Assembly (NCBI GenBank): GCA_018825985.1 | Contig: JAHKAP010000077.1 | Location: 566 to 64,565, forward strand | Direction: 5' to 3' | From: Candidatus Omnitrophota bacterium | GTDB taxonomy: Bacteria; Omnitrophota; Gorgyraeia; Gygaellales; Profunditerraquicolaceae | Length of the DNA stretch: 64,000 nt | In this document: piece by piece, positions 57,568-64,000 of the stretch | How positions within the stretch are numbered: the first letter of the stretch is position 1 | How the letters are laid out: every line of letters starts with the position of its first letter | The notes under the pieces: model-generated | The model's database searches: none | The model's input: only the letters and a program-made list of their open reading frames with translations | Told to the model about the DNA's origin: nothing | Position numbers and translations under genes: made by a program

Positions 57568-58634
57568 ATGATCTCGCTTATCCTTTCTATGGCCTGTTTT
57601 ATAGTATCCATGGTCCGAACGTAAAATTCTTTAGGCTTACCTATGGGATCGCTGATATCCATATTATTATCATCAGCGCCTGCTTTAGCAAATTCTTTCA
57701 AAAGGAACAACCTGTTTTTTACCTGGGGGTCAAGCTGGAGGATCCTCTCTTCATGAAAATGTTCCATTACCAGTATTATATCAGATTTATTCAGCATATC
57801 CCTGGTTACTTTCTGAGAAATATGCTTAGATACGTCCATGCCTTCCTCGGCCAGAAGTTCCTTGACCTCCAGGGTCGCTCCTAACCCGCCGAACAACATG
57901 GTTCCGGCGGACAGAACCTCAACATCTTTTATTCCTTTATCTTTTAATTTCTTTTCAAAAATGGCTTGGGCCATAACTGAACGGCAGGAATTACCGGTGC
58001 AAATAAATAAAACTGTCTTTTTTTTGGCCGCCGACTCAATATCTGATCTTTTAATCGCTCCTTCTCTTAACACCTTAAACGGATCCGTGGTAAAATCAAC
58101 TACCGATGATTCTATTCTGACACGGGTACTGCCGGCATCGATTGCAAAATCTACCAGGCCTTTAAAATCCCTGATCGCTTCCTGAAAATTTATGGGTGGC
58201 GGATTACCGGAAATATTTGCCGAAGGACAAACCACATCAACTCCGGATAAATCAATCACTCTTAAGGCGATTTTATCATCCGGCATACGAATACCCACGC
58301 TTCCCTGCCCGTCTATAGATTTTAAAACCAGGGTCAGCGGACCGGGCCAGAATTTATCTATTAGTTTATAGGCTGATACGGGTATTCCGGAAGCAAAATC
58401 CTCAACTCTTTCTTTTTGGGCGATATGCAAAGAAAAAACTTTTTCTTTCGGCCTTTTTTTAATCTCGGCTAATTTATCTACGGCCCTTCGATTCTGGCGG
58501 TTAGCGGCAATCCCATAAACTGTCTCAGTAGGAATAATCACTAAACCGCCTTCTCTTAATATATCCGCTGCCTTATGAAGATATTCTTCCTGCGGATCAT
58601 TGGGGTCAAGTTTAATTATTTTTGTCTGTAACAT
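57564..58634 (-). CDS. TsaC/Sua5 threonylcarbamoyl-AMP synthase fused to a low-molecular-weight phosphatase
   Basis: PTETVYG, FWPGPLT and SANISG; then CTGNSCRS and DPIG. Confidence 0.9.
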   Translation of the reverse strand: MLQTKIIKLDPNDPQEEYLHKAADILREGGLVIIPTETVYGIAANRQNRRAVDKLAEIKKRPKEKVFSLHIAQKERVEDFASGIPVSAYKLIDKFWPGPLTLVLKSIDGQGSVGIRMPDDKIALRVIDLSGVDVVCPSANISGNPPPINFQEAIRDFKGLVDFAIDAGSTRVRIESSVVDFTTDPFKVLREGAIKRSDIESAAKKKTVLFICTGNSCRSVMAQAIFEKKLKDKGIKDVEVLSAGTMLFGGLGATLEVKELLAEEGMDVSKHISQKVTRDMLNKSDIILVMEHFHEERILQLDPQVKNRLFLLKEFAKAGADDNNMDISDPIGKPKEFYVRTMDTIKQAIERISEII

Positions 58635-59117
58635 TTATATTTCAAGTTTTATATTCCTGATTTTTGAACGCATATCTTTCTTATATTGCGAAAGCTTTGC
58701 TTGTATCTTTTTATCAAAAGTTCCAAGAATAGCCAAAGCAAATAAACCAGAGTTTTTTGCTCCGGCTTTTCCAATGGCCATTGAAGCTACCGGAACACCT
58801 CCGGGCATCTGGACCGTAGACAAAAGAGAATCTATTCCTTTAAGGCTGGAGGTTTCTATTGGGATACCGATAACCGGCAAAATAGTATGCGCGGCTATAA
58901 CTCCGGCTAATGCAGCTGCTCCGCCTGCCGCAGCAATAAAAACTTTTACGCCTCTGGCGGGCGCTGCCTCCACATATTTGGCCAATTCTTTAGGTGTGCG
59001 GTGAGCTGATAAAACCTTAACTTCGAAATCCGCCTTAAATTCCTTTAAAACACTGATTGCCTCATTTACCGTTTCTAAATCCGACTGACTTCCCATTATT
59101 ATACTTATTTTATTCAT
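58635..59117 (-). CDS. purE: N5-CAIR mutase
   Basis: IMGSQSD, SAHRTP and VQMPGGVPVA motifs. Confidence 0.96.
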   Translation of the reverse strand: MNKISIIMGSQSDLETVNEAISVLKEFKADFEVKVLSAHRTPKELAKYVEAAPARGVKVFIAAAGGAAALAGVIAAHTILPVIGIPIETSSLKGIDSLLSTVQMPGGVPVASMAIGKAGAKNSGLFALAILGTFDKKIQAKLSQYKKDMRSKIRNIKLEI

Positions 59118-59140
59118 CTTCCCTCCCCAAATGCTGCCTG

Positions 59141-60439
59141 CTAACTACTACTTACTGCCTTTTGGCCGATATCCCGGCGATAATGCATCCCTTCAAAACT
59201 AATCTTTCCTACTGCCTGGTAAGTATTATCAATTGCCTCTTTTACGGTATTGCCTAAGCCGGTAACTCCCAGCACTCTTCCTCCATTAGTCATATATTTA
59301 GCTGTAGACTGTTGACCGTGGACAGCGGGCCTGATCGTCCCGGAGTGGAAAACTACAATATCTTTTATTTGAGCGGCTTGATCCAGGCCGAATATTTTTT
59401 TATCTTTTTGATAGGCACCTGGATAACCTTCAGAAGCGCAGACTACGCAAACACAAGAGCGCTCATCCCATTTAAACTGGCTGATCTTGCTTAATTTACC
59501 TTCGACAACAGCCAACATTACTTCCAGCAGATCTGATTTCATCCTGGGCAATATTGCTTGGGTTTCGGGATCGCCGAAACGCACATTAAATTCAAGGGTC
59601 TTTGGCCCATCCTTAGTAAGCATAATCCCGGCATAAAGCACGCCCTTATATTCTATGCCTTCTTTAGCCAATCCATCAATGGTCCGGTAAATTATTTTCT
59701 CCAATATCTCTTTAAACAAACCAGGTGTAACTATTGCGGCCGGAGAATAAGCGCCCATACCTCCGGTATTCGGGCCTAAATCATTATTAAATACTCTTTT
59801 ATGATCCTGGGCAGAAGCTAAAGCAACAACTTCTTTTGAATCCGTGATAACCAAGATTGAGGCTTCCTCACCTTCTAAACATTCTTCAATGATAACTTTA
59901 TCTCCGGCAGAACCAAATACCTTATCCTCCATAATCATTCGCAGGGCGTCTTTGGCTTCATCAACTGTTTTAGCTACAACTACGCCTTTACCCTGGGCCA
60001 GGCCATCAGCCTTAACAACGCAAGGTGAACCTTTTTTTTCAATATATCTTTTGGCATCTTCCGGATCATCGAAAACTTTAAAATCAGCAGTGGGAACTTT
60101 GTATTTTGCCATCAGCTCCTTGCTAAAAACTTTGCTTCTTTCCAGATTAGCGGCTCGTTTATTCGGGCCGAATATCTTAAGCCCGGCTTTCTGAAATTCA
60201 TCCACGATACCGTTAGCTAAAACAGCTTCCGGTCCAACCACGGTAAGATCAATCTTTTCTTCTCGGGCAAATTCCAACAACCCAGAAATATCATCGGTTT
60301 TAATCGGGATGCATTCAGCTATATCGGCGATACCGCCGTTACCCGGAGCGCAAAATATTTTCTTAGCCAGTTTAGATTGCGCTATCTTCCACACAATCGC
60401 ATGCTCCCTGCCCCCCGAACCAATTACCAATATTCGCAT
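59141..60439 (-). CDS. purD: Phosphoribosylamine-glycine ligase
   Basis: GSGGREHA, KADGLAQGKGV, GPNTGGMG and EFNVRFGDPE motifs. Confidence 0.97.
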   Translation of the reverse strand: MRILVIGSGGREHAIVWKIAQSKLAKKIFCAPGNGGIADIAECIPIKTDDISGLLEFAREEKIDLTVVGPEAVLANGIVDEFQKAGLKIFGPNKRAANLERSKVFSKELMAKYKVPTADFKVFDDPEDAKRYIEKKGSPCVVKADGLAQGKGVVVAKTVDEAKDALRMIMEDKVFGSAGDKVIIEECLEGEEASILVITDSKEVVALASAQDHKRVFNNDLGPNTGGMGAYSPAAIVTPGLFKEILEKIIYRTIDGLAKEGIEYKGVLYAGIMLTKDGPKTLEFNVRFGDPETQAILPRMKSDLLEVMLAVVEGKLSKISQFKWDERSCVCVVCASEGYPGAYQKDKKIFGLDQAAQIKDIVVFHSGTIRPAVHGQQSTAKYMTNGGRVLGVTGLGNTVKEAIDNTYQAVGKISFEGMHYRRDIGQKAVSSS

Positions 60440-60442
60440 ATT
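60398..60442. repeat. 45-bp direct repeat, copy in the intact purD start
   Basis: CGCATGCTCCCTGCCCCCCGAACCAATTACCAATATTCGCATATT, identical at 61908-61952. Confidence 0.95.
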
Positions 60443-60448
60443 TTTCTT

Positions 60449-61894
60449 CTAATATAAAGTTTCGATAAACACGGGAATATTACCCAGATCGACGCTTATA
60501 TTAGCGCTAATGACCGCTTTGGAATATGCCTTAAATGCGGTATTATAATCTGCTACTTCTTTTCCCGATTTATATCTAGGCACTGCCTCAGTGATTAGTA
60601 CCTGTTTTGCCGGTATATCTGAAATTGCGATTTCTCTTTCCTGTACATTATCATTCCAGGCTACCCAGATAGGTTTGCCTTGCTTGGTGAATCTAAAGAT
60701 ATAGATACCGTCTTTTTCTTGGACTGTCTGGATATCGCTCATTTCGCTGCCTCCCAAAATATCGGCCATCTTCCTATAAGTATAATAGGCAAGCTTCTTA
60801 TGGGAAAGGCCGTGGTTTTGGGGATTATGGATTAAACCTACATTATCGAATACTCCATTGGGCCTACCTCCAAAGTTATGCCATTCTGTCAAAGTTACCC
60901 AGAATAATTTCTTGATTCCTTTGGACAGGGAATAGACATACAGCCTGATTAAATCGAGCGCCTGTTTTTCTTCGCTGTGGGATAGCGAAGATTTTCCGGC
61001 TGTCAACGCAGGGAGATTCGGCTGACCGCTATATTGGGCGGTTTCAGTTATAAAAATCGGCGTATTGCCAAACCCGTGTTCTGACAAAGATTGCTTGATA
61101 TTCTGAATATACTCGTCAAGATAGAAAACTTTACCGGCCTGAGAAAAACGGTCGAACAACCAATTATATTGTCCTTCAAAAGGGAACCAGTGAAAGTCAA
61201 AAATATCAAAATACCTGTCTTGCGGATTATCGCGGATTCTGCTTAATTCTTCCAATACGTGTATATAAAATTTTCTTGTTCCGGCAAATCCTTCAGGGCT
61301 TCCTACGCCAGCAATCGCCACCAATGACCTGGGGCTGGCTTCCTTAATTATCTTATAGGACTCTTTTAAGAGACGTGCATAATCTGCTGGAGTACCTTTC
61401 CAAAATAAATCCGGCTCATTGGTTAGCTGCCAGATACTAACTACAGGCGAGCCTGGGGCATCATCAATGCCATCTCCATCATACCTTTCAACCGCTCTCC
61501 TTAAAAAATCTCCATAGGCCTGCATATCATTGGGCATCTGTTCGTTTCGTCGCGGGTTTCTACCCTGATCCCAGGAGCTTGCCGGCAGGATGGTGACAAA
61601 CATTTTTATATTGCTTTTAAATGTTTTCAAATAGAGCTGATCGTGGAAAGCCCAGCGAAATGTGCCTTTTTGGGGTTCAATAAAGTCCCAAACAATCCCG
61701 TTGCGTCCGGCATAACGCACCCATTCAGCTCCCGTTGCGGCTACATCTTCGATCCTGTCTATATCTGGAACTACTGGGCCGTGGATACCAAAAGGCGAAT
61801 CTTCGTTTTTTGAAGTTAACGGTTGAGCAAAAGCGACGCGGATCCCCGCCACAATTATCGCTATCACAAAAAAAGCAGTATTTAATTTATACAT
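60449..61894 (-). CDS. Exported clan GH-A glycoside hydrolase-like protein (GH39/GH5-like)
   Basis: Signal peptide, WQLTNEP acid/base motif and IFITE nucleophile motif. Confidence 0.75.
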   Translation of the reverse strand: MYKLNTAFFVIAIIVAGIRVAFAQPLTSKNEDSPFGIHGPVVPDIDRIEDVAATGAEWVRYAGRNGIVWDFIEPQKGTFRWAFHDQLYLKTFKSNIKMFVTILPASSWDQGRNPRRNEQMPNDMQAYGDFLRRAVERYDGDGIDDAPGSPVVSIWQLTNEPDLFWKGTPADYARLLKESYKIIKEASPRSLVAIAGVGSPEGFAGTRKFYIHVLEELSRIRDNPQDRYFDIFDFHWFPFEGQYNWLFDRFSQAGKVFYLDEYIQNIKQSLSEHGFGNTPIFITETAQYSGQPNLPALTAGKSSLSHSEEKQALDLIRLYVYSLSKGIKKLFWVTLTEWHNFGGRPNGVFDNVGLIHNPQNHGLSHKKLAYYTYRKMADILGGSEMSDIQTVQEKDGIYIFRFTKQGKPIWVAWNDNVQEREIAISDIPAKQVLITEAVPRYKSGKEVADYNTAFKAYSKAVISANISVDLGNIPVFIETLY

Positions 61895-61895
61895 A

Positions 61896-61949
61896 TTACC
61901 TTAGCAACGCATGCTCCCTGCCCCCCGAACCAATTACCAATATTCGCAT
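61896..61949 (-). pseudogene. Ghost copy of the purD 5' end (17-aa mini-ORF) within direct-repeat copy 61908-61952
   Basis: MRILVIGSGGREHALLR*; GGAGG upstream; stop is 1 nt before the hydrolase ATG. Confidence 0.85.
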
Positions 61950-62003
61950 ATTACTTTCTTGCCTCCAATACTAACATAGGGCAGTCTAAAACGTCTACAC
62001 CAC

Positions 62004-63134
62004 CTACTCAAGCACAACAATAGGACTTTTACCAAAAGCTATTAAACCCAATCGCCGAGTCTCTAAATCGATTAAAATAATCTGGTTGCCCATTTGACAA
62101 ACAACCTGATCCTCCGGCAAAACTGTTGCTGTAGTTATCGACCATCTCAAAAAAGGAGCATCTAAATTAAACCAAAATCTTTTACCGGTCTTTTTATTTT
62201 CCGCTCTAAACCCCCGCATAACCCAATCACCAGCAAATACGTCCCAGTCACGCATACTCTTTGACCCAAAATAAATAGCCGGTTCATTCCTATACCACCA
62301 TTTCCTGCTTGCATCACAAGCCCCGCTAACAGCTGTTAGTCCGGGAAGATCTTTCAATAAAATCTTTGATTCAATTTCAACACCATCATCATTGATTTTA
62401 CGCCACTGGGCATTTAAAATTGTTTTCTCATCTTTATTGCATGTAAAAAGTTCTACATCCTGATTAGTAGAGCCGGTATCTTTAATTCTCTGTTTATCAG
62501 AACCATTTGCCTTGATTTTATACAATGCGCCATCTTTTAAAGAAATGAAGTAAATCCAGGCATTATTGGTCTTTAAAAAATATGGTGATTTTTCTATTTT
62601 CATATTACTGATAGCGCTGATATCACTAGCAGAAAAATAGAATGGAATAAAAATAGCGTATGATATTATGTTGACGATAATGCTTGCTTTCAAAGAAATA
62701 CAACCTCGGCCTTCTTTACCCTTAAGAATCCAAAAGCAAAAAAACCACTGAATCGACATTGTTGTTAAATAAGATAAAATCAGCATTATAATAATAATCG
62801 GGAAAAAGTTATTGATCGAAGCGTGATTATTTATTGTATTTTTCAATGGCTGTATTCCTATTGCGCCAGCGATCATTGATATGTAATTTGCAAGTATCAT
62901 AATAGAAATACTTCTTCTTAGGCGAACCCCAAATAATCTGGCGATAATTAAACCTTCAAATATACCTATAATTGCGTTACCAATTAGCATATGGCTAGTA
63001 TATAAAACTGATAATGCAGATATGCCGCCCGCATATGCACACTTTGGCGCAAAAAAGAATAAACAATAAATAATCAGCCATAAATACTTCCAATAATTCT
63101 TATATTTACCGTCTCTGGAAAAAGTATTTTTCAT
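62004..63134 (-). CDS. Hypothetical membrane protein (N-terminal TM helices, beta-rich C-terminal domain)
   Basis: 376-aa ORF; family not recognised. Confidence 0.7.
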   Translation of the reverse strand: MKNTFSRDGKYKNYWKYLWLIIYCLFFFAPKCAYAGGISALSVLYTSHMLIGNAIIGIFEGLIIARLFGVRLRRSISIMILANYISMIAGAIGIQPLKNTINNHASINNFFPIIIIMLILSYLTTMSIQWFFCFWILKGKEGRGCISLKASIIVNIISYAIFIPFYFSASDISAISNMKIEKSPYFLKTNNAWIYFISLKDGALYKIKANGSDKQRIKDTGSTNQDVELFTCNKDEKTILNAQWRKINDDGVEIESKILLKDLPGLTAVSGACDASRKWWYRNEPAIYFGSKSMRDWDVFAGDWVMRGFRAENKKTGKRFWFNLDAPFLRWSITTATVLPEDQVVCQMGNQIILIDLETRRLGLIAFGKSPIVVLE

Positions 63135-63244
63135 ATTTAGTTATTTTTATAAAACGCCGTCATGAATATCGCCCCATAGATTTAAAATAAAAAACCTTAT
63201 TTAAACCACTTTTCAAATATATTAATAAGCCCTGACTGATTTTC

Positions 63245-63368
63245 GCAGTTATTGTCTCTAGCGGGTGACCAAAGGATGGCGGTGACTGGGAGGATCCACG
63301 CCGAGCTAAAGGGACCCAGGAACTGCCTCCTTTGGGCAGGACCCGCTAATCATAACGGGTAAAACTGC
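63245..63368. other. Long GC-rich imperfect hairpin (MITE-like element or structured RNA)
   Basis: Five nested complementary blocks: GCAGTT/AACTGC, TAGCGGGT/ACCCGCTA, CCAAAGGA/TCCTTTGG, GGCGGT/ACTGCC, CTGGG/CCCAG. Confidence 0.7.
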
Positions 63369-63398
63369 CAAGTTCATTAAATTTTCAGAGAACAGTTA

Positions 63399-63683
63399 TT
63401 AGGCTAGACGCGCGCGGTGTGCCAAAATATTAGCCCAGGTAAACATCATTTCCGCCCATGCCGGATCAGTCTTGTTTCCAGTCTTAAGTTCATTAAAATT
63501 TTTTTTAAAAATATCGAAAGTTTTCTGAAAAGAGAAGGATTTGGGGGCTTTTTCAAGCCAGTTAACATATTCTTCTGTCTCTTCCAGAAATTGGTTCAAG
63601 CGGTTAAGCCTGCCTTCATAAGCCCACCTGCCAAGCCTGCCTAAATTAACTGCAATATTCAAAGCCAACTCTCGCGCATCCAT
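63399..63683 (-). CDS. Small helical hypothetical protein
   Basis: 94-aa ORF starting 2 nt after the upstream stop codon. Confidence 0.65.
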   Translation of the reverse strand: MDARELALNIAVNLGRLGRWAYEGRLNRLNQFLEETEEYVNWLEKAPKSFSFQKTFDIFKKNFNELKTGNKTDPAWAEMMFTWANILAHRARLA

Positions 63684-63685
63684 AG

Positions 63686-64000
63686 TTATCCTAATAAACT
63701 CCTGATTATTTTTTCTATCTGCTTACGGATATCCTGGTCTAAAACTTCCCTGCTAGAATTGCATTGGCCCGGCCTTAAATTAATCACCGAATCAAAATCA
63801 ACCTCATTAGTCTCAAGGTCTATGCCGCCACCCCATAAATCAGCTTGCTTACTGCCGTCATCCAATAATAATTCTTCTTCATCTGAATGAAGTTTGCCTC
63901 CGGCAGCTAGAATCTTACGCTGAATATCAACCACAACCTTAATATAGCCGTCAAAATCCTCAGCTACCTTTTTCAGCGTATCTTCATCGGCTTTCTGCCT
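63686..64000 (-). CDS. DUF5674-like protein (partial, starts beyond the window)
   Basis: YIKVVVDI, GGKLHSDEEELLL, GSKQADLWG and FDSVINLRP; frame stays open to the window edge. Confidence 0.75.
   Translation of the reverse strand, partial: RQKADEDTLKKVAEDFDGYIKVVVDIQRKILAAGGKLHSDEEELLLDDGSKQADLWGGGIDLETNEVDFDSVINLRPGQCNSSREVLDQDIRKQIEKIIRSLLG

Noticed and set aside
1853-60194. Many plus-strand ORFs of 60-230 aa in the ORF track
   Set aside because: They are antisense shadows of well-supported minus-strand genes and have no recognisable motifs.
61951-62027. PMLVLEARK* in the spacer resembling the upstream gene end PIVVLE*
   Set aside because: Similarity is too short and weak at DNA level to support a duplicated gene tail.
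63245-63368. Calling the hairpin an attC site or SRP RNA
   Set aside because: No convincing RYYYAAC/GTTRRRY ends and no SRP domain IV motif; left as unclassified.

Overview
Gene-dense bacterial chromosome segment. Almost every gene is on the minus strand; the only convincing plus-strand CDS is a Ski2/HelY-like helicase. Gene content (LPS/lipid A genes, a group 4 [NiFe]-hydrogenase-Mrp cluster, ackA, spoVG, clan AA protease) suggests an anaerobic diderm, plausibly Candidatus Omnitrophota/PVC; this is inference. Blocks: (1) 1-13 kb, a Rex-controlled energy-conserving operon (AsrA/AsrB-like flavin module, ferredoxin, hydrogenase core, PhoU-like protein, Mrp subunits) preceded by rex-ackA; (2) 16-26 kb, an LPS core/lipid A cluster with several domain fusions; (3) housekeeping genes (trpD, trpB2, waaA, xerC-topA-dprA, aroK, aroC, nth, cca, nrdR, glyA, rpiB, purE, purD); (4) accessory genes at the right end. 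I recognised no rRNA, tRNA, CRISPR array or transposase. The most unusual signals are not gene families. (a) The 5' ends of purD and aroK are duplicated: a short ghost copy keeps an RBS-like sequence and ends next to the start of the following gene, and at purD a perfect 45-bp direct repeat brackets an integrase-less glycoside hydrolase gene. (b) Degenerate 7-/8-bp-period repeats lie in frame inside conserved proteins, with related arrays between genes. (c) At least three families of fixed-architecture palindromic elements occur in two or more copies. All product calls come from motif recognition by eye; no database searches were run.
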